A stretch of DNA of 64,000 nt from Laetmonice hystrix. Lineage: Eukaryota. A program made the translations under genes and the position numbers. How positions within the stretch are numbered: the first letter of the stretch is position 1; each line of letters starts with the position of its first letter. The notes beneath the pieces are model-generated. The model had not been told where the DNA came from. It was given only the letters and a program-made list of their open reading frames with translations, and did not search any database. The stretch is taken from assembly GCA_965235115.1 (NCBI GenBank), contig OZ249436.1, positions 5,458,001 through 5,522,000 on the forward strand, written 5' to 3'. Below, in pieces: positions 53,971 through 64,000 of the stretch.

Positions 53971-56381
53971 TTGAGAGGATCTCATGGGTAACAACCTGTT
54001 CCCATATTAACTCTATCAATCCACATTAAATACACAACAGTTTTTGCTACACACACTCTGGTACTTTATAAATAATAAAGGCACCCACAGCCTGGTATGG
54101 GAAGGCAGTAGTAATATGTTTTGGTATGAAGGATCGGCAGTTCACCTGATATTATAAAAGAAATCGGTCCGCTATTGTACGCTGTTTTCTAATCGTTAAA
54201 TACGTTTGGATGTGGATCTGGACTAACACACATACACAAGCACACTTGTTATGGCAGCCTCGGGAAACAACTGATATCATTTCATATCTCCATATTGTCA
54301 TTAACTACCATTAAATATTTCTCAGTAATATTGTTATGTATAATTAGGATTTCCATGCGTATAACACAAGCAACCAATCACATCTAATCATTCAGTCTAA
54401 ATACGACCTTCAATCCAAGTAAGAGTAATTGGTGCTCAATTAACGAAGCCTTGTAGCGTACAAATTGAAATTGATTGTTCAATAATTAGTTTTGAGAAAC
54501 AGTTGAAAACCTTCCTACTAATAACAAATAATTGGATATACCTGCTGACAAACTCTCATTCCCAGAGCACGACAAATGGATTTTTATGACTATGAAGGGG
54601 TTAATAAGATTATGCAGCATTCGTATAAAAATATTATGTTTTAATTCATTCTTTATGGCTTCACGGATTAAGGATGCCAGACAATACGTGGCTGCCAATT
54701 TAATTTCGTCCTACCTATTGAAGTTAACCTTCTGTCACTTGGAAACAGATAAATTATTTATTTCAGCTTATGGAAAGGACAGCTAAAAGTCTGCCTTGTT
54801 TGAGAAGAGACAATTTCAGTGTTAGACTCAAGTAAAAAGATAGACCTTCGGCACGACTGAAATCTTACGCAAATGATGCATTTGATTTCGTCAGAAATTG
54901 ATTTAACTTTCCTGGAGGGAGATGTTCCGATGGGCAGCCTGTCAAATTATTCATCCAATAATAAATTGATTTACCTTCCTGGACTGGGATGGGCTGATGA
55001 GCAGTCTGTCAAATTATTCCTGCATTTCCTTATAAAAAAGGTCGTGAGAATAAAGTTAGTCCTGATCATCTCATAGATTCATCTCATGGCGAGTTTTAAC
55101 CTGTGTCCATCCAAGCCGACAAGGAGAGTGTTCACATAGTCACAAGGTTTACTGTACACCTGTTAGCAGCAGTTGCTTACAGTGGGGCTAGCTCGGGATG
55201 CGCGTCATGCTGGCAAGATACGACTCCAATTAAATGGTGTCGAATAATGTACAATCTTCGCCTGACAGTAAATCACGCCTGGCATTCATGTGCGTTCCTT
55301 TATGAAGGACGCTGTGGGAAGCTGCGTCTGAAATGAAACTTAGCAGGTCTAAGCTGCCGATAGCACCCCCGAGTCGCAGCCTACTGCAGCTGGCGTGATT
55401 TGTATGAAACGGAACCCACATTTTATTGTTCCAAGGATTAAGGTTGGTACTTTCCTCACTACATGTATGACAATGCCCTCTGATCATCCCCCCTGACGCT
55501 ACATAAACTGAACAATTCTATTGTAGGTAATCATTCTATGAGGTGATATTTCATGCACACTGCAGTCATTAACGACTCAACATACAGTTGTGTTGCATAG
55601 TAACAGCAATACATTCTTCATTCACTCAGATTATAGCCGGTAACTTGTCACGGCTAAACTAATCAACTGTCACATATAATATACTAATTAATTCACAATG
55701 CCTATCGCAACCGCCTCTCTTAACAGCATTTAAGGCTATATCACACTGGATGTACTAATTAGCTGTGACATTACATACATGCAAATTGCTACACATAATA
55801 TTGTTCGACACATTTCAACTTTGACAAATGCATTAGCTGAGAAATGTCGATGTTATAAAACTATTACATGGATCTACAGGTGATGGATTACACTAACTGG
55901 ATTTGATGTGTAAAATTCCAAACACAAATTTCAAGGTGAAAACCCCTCATGCTTGGTTGACGAGACATGAAGAATATTTTTAAAATTGTCGATGCTGACA
56001 ATATTCTATAATGTTAGTAGCACACCTGTGAACAGAAAACAACTCCCATGAGTTCTCACACCAAAACCATTAGTCACCTGACCCCAGTTCCAGGAAGGCT
56101 TCATGCAGGCAGGGCTACGGTGGCCCACGAGGACACAAACACTTTTAAAACTTCCTACACTGATTTTCAAGAATATTTTCATGGTAGTGGAAATATCACC
56201 ATGGTGAAAAATATTACCACCACGGTTAAAATATTATTACTGTGCGAATATCGATGAAAATCAATCTAGAAGGTTAAAAACACTAACGGTCTATGTCCCT
56301 ATGGGCCGCCGCAGCTCTGATTAGCGTAAAACTTGCTGCTTAGGGGCTTTCTAAAACTGGGGCCAGGTCTGTGTGGGATTA

Positions 56382-56585
<204 letters not shown>

Positions 56586-56958
56586 TTACATGAGCGCAGT
56601 TTTTAAAATGATATCATGATCAATAGAAGAAATGATGCAATAGTACGGCTTAGAGGAAAATGATGCCCAAGTTCATGTGAAAATACATGTTGTCTACACC
56701 ACGAATAACAATGACAAAAAAGGCGACTAGTCAGAATTTTCCTTTCAAACTTTTCTACGAGGCATTTCTAGGCCAGGAGATAATTTAAATGATCTCTAAT
56801 GCTCCTACTTCATGGAGAGTCTGCTTACAAAGAAAATAATGCATTTGTATGAAAATAGGCTCTGTAGACGAAATTCATATCCCTCCTCGACGTTCCTGTT
56901 TGTTACCATTAATACACAAAACCTTAGAATAAACTGAGGTAGAGAAACGTGCTGGTAC

Positions 56959-57012
56959 CTTTGCCAGTGCGTGGATCCCTTGCTACTTTCTCAGTTCGCC
57001 TGATGGTAGGAG
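56959..57012 (-). CDS. SMG1: SMG1 exon
   Basis: (T)PTIRRTEKVARDPRTGK; phase 1-1; TTTCAG and GTACC boundaries. Confidence 0.93.
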
Positions 57013-57526
57013 CTGAAAGGAAGGATTCAGTTGGGACAATTTAATCTCATTAATGCACAATTATTTTACGGGACCCTTAGGTAATACTTATTAAAATACA
57101 CCAACTTATTGTTCATGTTTGAGTGGAACCCTTACCATACTAAATTTTTATAACCTTATCTGAATTTGCGGCACAAAGAGAGAAATCAGGTGCTGCCAAA
57201 CATTTTTCAGGCAATACTAGCCCACGTCATCTACAATTTACTACGTCTTTTCTAACAGAATCTACGCCTTTAATCAAGGATGTGTGTGTACCACAGCTCT
57301 CCGAACTTGGAAATCCAGGCGCCTCTTTATTTATTATTTATGCGAGGATTTCCTTGTAAACTGTGGGGTTCCTTCCTGGGTAGACAATAGCTGCAACCTG
57401 GGGGGTGTAACTTCATTTAGAGGTGTGACTTCAATAGAGTACAGACGGCATCCTGTAAGTGACAATACACCAGGCAGGAAGGACATGCATCCAGGACGAC
57501 GTGCGTCTGTGGTGGAGCGGGGGGAG

Positions 57527-59324
57527 GTGTGGTACTTACTGCTGATCTCGGTGGTCGAAGAACTGGGACTGGGCTGCAGTGGTTGGGGAGGGGGAGGGGC
57601 GTGTGGTACTTACTGCTGATCTTGGTGGTCGAAGAACTGGGACTGGCCGCAGCGGTTGGGGAGGGGGAGGGGGTGTGGTACTTACTGCTGATCTTGGTGG
57701 TCGAAGAACTGGCTGCAGCGGTTGGGGAGGGGGAGGGGCGTGTGGTATTTACTGGTGATCTTGGTGGTCAAAGAACTGGCAGCAGTGGTTGGGGAGGGTG
57801 AGGGGCGTGTGGTACTTACTGCTGATCTTGGTGGTCGAAGAACTGGCAGCAGTGGTTGGGGAGGGGGAGGGGCGTGTGGTACTTACTGCTGATCTTGGTG
57901 GTCGAAGAACTGGGACTGGCCGCAGCGGTTGGGGAGGGGGAGGGGGTGTGGTACTTACTGCTGATCTTGGTGGTCGAAGAACTGGCTGCAGCGGTTGGGG
58001 AGGGGGAGGGGCGTGTGGTACTTACTGTTGATCTTGGTGGTCGAAGAACTGGGACTGGCTGCAGCGGTTGGGGAGGGGGAGGGGCGTGTGGTACTTACTG
58101 CTGATCTTGGTGGTCGAAGAACTGAGACTGGCCGCAGCGGTTGGGGAGGGGGAGGGGCGTGTGGTACTTACTGCTGATCTTGGTGGTCGAAGAACTGGGA
58201 TTGGGCCGCAGTGGTTGGGGAGGGGGAGGGGCGTGTGGTACTTACTGCTGATCTTGGTGGTCGAAGAACTGGGACTGGCCGCAGTGGTTGGGGAGGGGGA
58301 GGAGCGTGTGGTACTTACTGCTGATCTTGGTGGTCTAAGAACTGGCTGCAGCGGTTGGGGAGGGGGAGGGGGGTGTGGTACTTACTGCTGATCTTGGTGG
58401 TCGAAGAACTGGGACTGGGCCGCAGTGGTTGGGGAGGGGGAGGGGCGTGTGGTACTTACTGCTGATCTTGGTGGTCTAAGAACTGGCTGCAGCGGTTGGG
58501 GAGGGGGAGGGGCGTGTGGTACTTACTGCTGATCTTGGTGGTCTAAGAACTGGCTGCAGCGGTTGGGGAGGGGGAGGGGCGTGTGGTACTTACTGCTGAT
58601 CTTGGTGGTCTAAGAACTGGCTGCAGCGGTTGGGGAGGGGGAGGGGCGTGTGGTACTTACTGCTGATCTTGGTGGTCTAAGAACTGGCTGCAGCGGTTGG
58701 GGAGGGGGAGGGGCGTGTGGTACTTACTGCTGATCTTGGTGGTCTAAGAACTGGCTGCAGCGGTTGGGGAGGGGGAGGGGCGTGTGGTACTTACTGTTGA
58801 TCTTGGTGGTCTAAGAACTGGCTGCAGCGGTTGGGGAAGGGGAGGGGCGTGTGGTACTTACTGCTGATCTTGGTGGTCTAAGAACTGGCTGCAGCGGTTG
58901 GGGAGGGGGAGGGGGGTGTGGTACTTACTGCTGATCTTGGTGGTCGAAGAACTGGGATTGGGCCGCAGTGGTTGGGGAGGGGGAGGGGCGTGTGGTACTT
59001 ACTGCTGATCTTGGTGGTCTAAGAACTGAGACTGGGCCGCAGTGGTTGGGGAGGGGGAGGGGCGTGTGGTACTTACTGCTCATCTTGGTGGTCGAAGAAC
59101 TGGCTGCAGCGGTTGGGGAGGGGGAGGGGCGTGTGGTACTTACTGCTGATCTTGGTGGTCGAAGAACTGGGACTGGGCCGCAGTGGTTGGGGAGGGGGAG
59201 GGGCGTGTGGTACTTACTGCTGATCTTGGTGGTCGAAGAACTGGCTGCAGTGGTTGGGGACGGGGAGGGGCGTGTGGTACTTACTGCTGATCTTGGTGGT
59301 CGAAGAACTGGGACTGGCCGCAGC
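57527..59324 (-). repeat. 67/73/74-bp array of an SMG1 exon/intron donor junction, about 26 copies
   Basis: Unit on -: ...CCAGTTCTTCGACCACCAAGATCAGCA|GTAAGTACCACACGCCCCTCCCCCTCCCCAACC. Confidence 0.97.
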
Positions 59325-59416
59325 AGTTGGCGGTGTGGCCAGCCGGTCTGCCTTCGTAACTAGGGGGAACTTCTTGGGAGACAAGGGGTAGAAAGAATCC
59401 GCGGGTTTCTTCACAG
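59285..59416 (-). CDS. SMG1: SMG1 exon (low-complexity linker)
   Basis: (A)VKKPADSFYPLSPKKFPLVTKADRLATPPTAAASPSSSTTKIS; phase 1-1 links the neighbouring exons in frame. Confidence 0.85.
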
Positions 59417-60283
59417 CTGGAAGGATCAGGCCCGTTGGGAGAATGAACACAACATGCAGTAACAGTCAGTACACCAGCAGAGTGTCCAGACCGTCATAAA
59501 TCCGGACTTAAATTGATAGGGAAATCTTTTAAATCTGAAAGCCCTGAAACACCATTCCAGCACTGACAGACAAATATTTCTGTCAAAAAGGCTCGGTAAA
59601 TTGATCGTTATTTTAGGCTTGTTTTCCATAAAAAAAAAACATTATTACAATAAAATTCTCATCATTCGTTTCCTGGTATGAAAATTTGACAAAAATATCT
59701 TTCTGGGGATTTTGAAGCCTAATCGGGATAATCACAATCCCGACGAAATCAGGATGGTTGGACACTCTGCACCAGTGAATAGGGTAGATCCACAAATACC
59801 GTGCAATGTGTATGTGTCAAAGGGGTCTTACTAAAACATGTATACACCTTGTTAAGAGAACCGGTCGTTCAGATTCCTCTGTATATAAGAAGTCAAGCTT
59901 CTGTCAAACCGGAAAAATGAGCCATTTAGCCTCATATCAATACCACGAGTGGCTACATCAACTTTCACGGTCATCTGTAAATTGGTAGCGGATCTGAAGA
60001 TGAAACCTCTATAGACACGATACTCCTGAAGATTTGGCAACTCTGAACTGAACATTAATGGACTGCTACCAGTTCATATTTCATTTTCACAGTCATCATC
60101 TAGTGATATTTTGAGGCATGATGTCTGCAAGAAATGGAGTGAAAATCCAAATTCAAAAGGACAACACAGAAAATCCATTCCATGCTCTAGATGCACATTT
60201 CAACCATGACTGACGGAGGGCACATACTGTCAGACACTCGGACTGAGAGTAAGTTTTGACCTTGTAATTACGGATACACTAAC

Positions 60284-60375
60284 CTGTAGCAAAGCTGGTC
60301 TGGTCAGCATCTCCATCTTGTTCACCCACCATCAGTGTCAGAGGGGGTGCAAACTGTAGCAGGTCCGCATATATT
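60284..60375 (-). CDS. SMG1: SMG1 exon
   Basis: IYADLLQFAPPLTLMVGEQDGDADQTSFAT; phase 2-1. Confidence 0.9.
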
Positions 60376-60723
60376 CTGGAACCATTCACATATAATCTGT
60401 TAAATACTGAATCTTACTCCAACACGTGGGGAGGGAATTAAACTCAGGCTTTCAACGGTACTTTCAGGATTCCAGGGAGGTTTACATGAACTACTAGTGA
60501 GACTCCTTTGTAGTTAATCCCTATTCACTTATAGATATTCAATTCAAGAAACAATTTTTAATGTCATGAAGGTTACATGTAAAAAAATGCCAATAAATGA
60601 TACCTAAATCGTTCTGCTGCTGGGTGTGCTGTGAGGCAGCACGTGAAATATGGGTATTTAGTCCTCAAACAGCCCCCCCCTCAACCAGCCCCCCCCCTCC
60701 CGACACACACACCATCTACTCAC

Positions 60724-60908
60724 ATATTAATCTGATCTTTTAGCGTTCCCATCATGTTCGTGATCTCGGAACCTGCAGCCGGGGTCAGGTCATCTCCCAT
60801 CACCGTCTTTAGCATGGTGGTGAAGTTCTCGGAGAACGTCTTGTACGTGTTTACGTACTCACGGATTCCACCGGGCACTGGTTCGAGGCCAAAGTCATGC
60901 TCTTCTTG
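60724..60908 (-). CDS. SMG1: SMG1 exon
   Basis: QEEHDFGLEPVPGGIREYVNTYKTFSENF...KDQIN; CAG and GTGAGT boundaries. Confidence 0.9.
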
Positions 60909-61247
60909 CTGTGTCAGGCAAGAATTACAGTCACCGTTAAATTTCATTCTTTTAACAGATTCAGCATCAACATTGTGACAAACTTTGGGGATGGTTACAA
61001 ATATTAAAGATGAATAAACTGTAAACCATTAGGGAATACATTTTGACAATCACATTATCTGGTCTATTTAGGTCAGGATAGCATGTTGCCATTACAGCGG
61101 AAATCTGCAACTGACAAAATCACTAAAAAATTGATAACCATGTGTGCCCTGCATAAATCTTACAGCCTCCTGCCATCACCTTGAGAGAAAAAACAAATGG
61201 TCTCTACTCGATACTATCTCGGGACCAGAACCTCGACTTGTACATAC

Positions 61248-61346
61248 CTTGGCCATGGACTTCAGGATAGTCCGGATATCTGACATCAACTTGTGATGGG
61301 TTGCCAGGATACCACGGATAGAAGATACTTGTTGTTTGACACCTTC
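61248..61346 (-). CDS. SMG1: SMG1 exon
   Basis: EGVKQQVSSIRGILATHHKLMSDIRTILKSMAK; phase 0-0. Confidence 0.93.
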
Positions 61347-61499
61347 CTGTAACCATGGAAACACATAATCTCACATATATAGGATGATCTCAGCTGTTAT
61401 TAGTATTTCCAATTATTTCCACATTCAAACACAAATTAAGATCATTTTGTAACTGATGTCATCAGATTTTCTCACGGGTCTCTTACAAGAATAACTCAC

Positions 61500-61625
61500 C
61501 TTGGCCGTTTCTGAGGTTACGTTCAGCTTGTTCAGCTTGACTTCGAGTTCAGCTCGGGCTGAAGAAACCAACTCCTGGGCAGAAGTCAGCCACTGAGTCG
61601 TCACACATTCTCCAGGAGAAAGGGG
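61500..61625 (-). CDS. SMG1: SMG1 exon
   Basis: PLSPGECVTTQWLTSAQELVSSARAELEVKLNKLNVTSETAK; phase 0-0. Confidence 0.9.
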
Positions 61626-61837
61626 CTGGAATGGATAGAGGCTGGAGGTCAGTACACTGGAGAACACTTACATCACGAATTACCTCTTAACTTATACTCT
61701 CCGGACCGTAATCACCCTCCATTTTTCTTTTAAATGCATCAGTTGAAGTTTATGAAAAATACTTCAGTTCTCCTTTACTGAACTCTACGGGCAGGTCCTC
61801 TAATGGTTCAGTAATTTCTCCCATCATTTTTACTGAC

Positions 61838-61916
61838 CTTCAGATCATAAAGTGCCTCTTCAACCTCACTGACACTGCTGCTACACGACTCCAGCAGCAT
61901 ACAACTTTCCTCACAC
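61838..61916 (-). CDS. SMG1: SMG1 exon
   Basis: CEESCMLLESCSSSVSEVEEALYDLK; phase 2-0; TAG and GTCAGT boundaries. Confidence 0.88.
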
Positions 61917-62065
61917 CTAGAAGTCAACAACATTCACAATCATCCTTATATTGTCTTAGCTGTACGACTAAACAAAACGGCATCTCGAATACCCAGATAC
62001 CTAAAACTGGGTTAAAATGATGATAAACATTTCGAGTACAAGACTGACTGTTTAAATATTTGTAC

Positions 62066-62190
62066 CTATTCATGATCTGAAGAAAGCTGGTGTCAGCCGA
62101 GATGGCCTCCGGCGTCCGTGTCCTCAGGGCCTCAAAATGTAGGATGGCATTACAAACAGTCATCACCTCATTAGCCAGGCCATTCTCTGT
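62066..62190 (-). CDS. SMG1: SMG1 exon
   Basis: TENGLANEVMTVCNAILHFEALRTRTPEAISADTSFLQIMN(R). Confidence 0.95.
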
Positions 62191-62345
62191 CTGAAATATA
62201 GAGTAACATTTATCACAAGGGATCACTGAGTTATTATGGATAGGTCCATGTAAAAGTAACCTGTAGAACAGCTTCCACTCGGGAATTATAAAGTCAATAC
62301 TTATTAAAGTCATGGGAAATTGTGCCGACACCTGGATAATAATAC

Positions 62346-62460
62346 TTAAGATTTTGCTTCAGCTTAACGTTTCTGATTGGCTGGTCTAAGCAGAACAGCC
62401 AATCAGAAACGTTAAGCTGAAGATTAAGTAAGATCTTAACTTTGTATGAACTGGGCCCAG
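62346..62460. mobile_element. Palindromic MITE remnant in an SMG1 intron
   Basis: CTTCAGCTTAACGTTTCTGATTGGCTG and CAGCCAATCAGAAACGTTAAGCTGAAG form perfect inverted arms; ends ATGAACTGGGCCCAG. Confidence 0.7.
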
Positions 62461-62545
62461 AGCGAGACCCACTGATCAGACCCTCTAAGTGGACATTTAC
62501 TCATTCTTCTACAGTAGAGAATTAGACCTGAGCGTGTACGAGTAC

Positions 62546-62722
62546 CTGTATGAGGATGTTGCGGGTTGTCAGAGCTTCTTCAAACTGCTCTACCACCTGG
62601 TTCAGGGATGGGTTGGCCCCCGCCGCCCACTTCAGTCTCTGGGTGATACTACCTTCTAACGCCAGGTGGCGCTCCTGTATGGCGCCCACTGCAGATTCAT
62701 GAGACATCAGTGTCTGCATGTC
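62546..62722 (-). CDS. SMG1: SMG1 exon
   Basis: DMQTLMSHE...LEGSITQRLKWAAGANPSLNQVVEQFE; contains the conserved QRLKWAxGANP motif. Confidence 0.96.
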
Positions 62723-62952
62723 CTGAAACAAATCATAAGTTTTACTTTTACTCAGTGAACAAGGTCTCTCGGGTTCCTTCATTTGTTATGGGTTTCAACA
62801 TTTGTTATGTCATCATGCTAACCTCAGATGATATATGAAAACATCTGAAGTCCAAATAAAACGATTTATTGTGATTTATTTAAAATGATCGATGGTGCAT
62901 GGATGAGTAAGTCAGAATAGTGGTAATTCTTGTAAGGATTGATCTGAGTTAC

Positions 62953-63118
62953 CTTCCTGAGCTCTGACATGACTGAGGTACGACCTGGAATGTACATATG
63001 TGCGGCTGTACGGCCAGCCTTGGTGAGAAGGTCTTCATGTAGCCACTGGTAGCGGGACAGAGCCAGCTGACTCCGCTGGACACTTCCCTTCAGTAGGGTG
63101 ATGTTGCTATCCAGACGT
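62953..63118 (-). CDS. SMG1: SMG1 exon
   Basis: RLDSNITLLKGSVQRSQLALSRYQWLHEDLL...RTSVMSELRK. Confidence 0.95.
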
Positions 63119-63265
63119 CTGGGGACGACAGAAAAAATGTTATTTGTCTGGTCAATTCAATCACTGGGAATAAACCTGCATATTGCATACTACCAAAGTT
63201 AAACCACTTCAGGTTCATAGGCAAGTTTTCCAGCCACCATTATTGTTAGGCTTCAGGTCATAACC

Positions 63266-63325
63266 GGCTGGAGGCCTAGTGGTGCCATCTTAGCTGTCAT
63301 GGAAATCTGGGTTCGAACGTCGCCA
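63266..63325 (+). mobile_element. Possible tRNA-derived SINE head remnant
   Basis: A-box-like AGGCCTAGTGG and B-box-like GGTTCGAAC about 30 bp apart; no cloverleaf. Confidence 0.35.
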
Positions 63326-63588
63326 TAGAAACCATCAAAACAAAACAGATTTTACAAAACAGTAAAATCATACAGCAGGAAGTTTCTTTTAAAAAATTAA
63401 AAGTTCTCAGCAGCAAATATTCATGCTTCACTGGCAAAATCTAACTTGAATTCAGTAAGTCATTTGTTTGAAAGGTCTTAGGGGCTATGAACCATTATGG
63501 AAACAGAACACAGTTAACATGAACATGAAGTGGTTACAAAATGCACATCGTACTGAAGGAACACTACCTCGAATAGTGAGTGCCTTAC

Positions 63589-63839
63589 CTGGCCAGGTCC
63601 GACTTACGCCAGGCGACGTCGACGCTACCAATGAGGCTGGAGGCTCTGGTCAGATGGGTGTGGCCGAAGGCACCATTCTTCAGGTTTGTATCTACCGCCT
63701 TCTTACACAGGTCCTCGAGTGCTACCTTCGACTCCGCTCCGATATCGTGCAGCTCGATCTCAGCAGTCACGTCCACATGAAGTGCATTCACAAAGAGACA
63801 CAGGACCTGACCGAGCATCTGGCTGGGTAGACCAATCAA
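63589..63839 (-). CDS. SMG1: SMG1 exon (gene continues beyond the window)
   Basis: LIGLPSQMLGQVLCLFVNALHVDV...GAESKVALEDLCKKAV...AWRKSDLA(R). Confidence 0.96.
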
Positions 63840-64000
63840 CTGAAAACAAATAGTAACAAATAACAGAGACTGATTCTGTTCCTCAGATTGACTTTGCTAT
63901 ATGCGGGAATTCGTTATGTGCGTGTTCGTTATAACCGGACTCCACTGTGTGTGTATTGAGTCTAGATAAAAGATGTTGATACCAAATGTACTTACGTGCT

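Overview
Animal genomic DNA with spliceosomal introns; an invertebrate origin is my inference. Three protein-coding loci are supported: (1) a membrane-anchored FkbM/Star-like methyltransferase on + (8774-12639), whose second exon is split by a 1391-bp TIR transposon with a near-identical inverted twin 619 bp downstream; (2) a class A GPCR with an intronless CDS and non-canonical motifs (28588-29577); (3) the last 13 coding exons of the NMD kinase SMG1 on - (63839 to 53326). About 14 kb of the window is roughly 18 unrelated minisatellites, alongside many non-autonomous TIR elements. The main signals concern repeats and splicing. The exonic transposon has in-frame GT/AG sites that could let it splice out like an Introner. 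Two SMG1 minisatellites are tandem copies of the gene's own splice junctions (10 acceptors, about 26 donors), and using any extra site would remove the FATC domain or create a premature stop. All splicing outcomes are inferred from DNA only.
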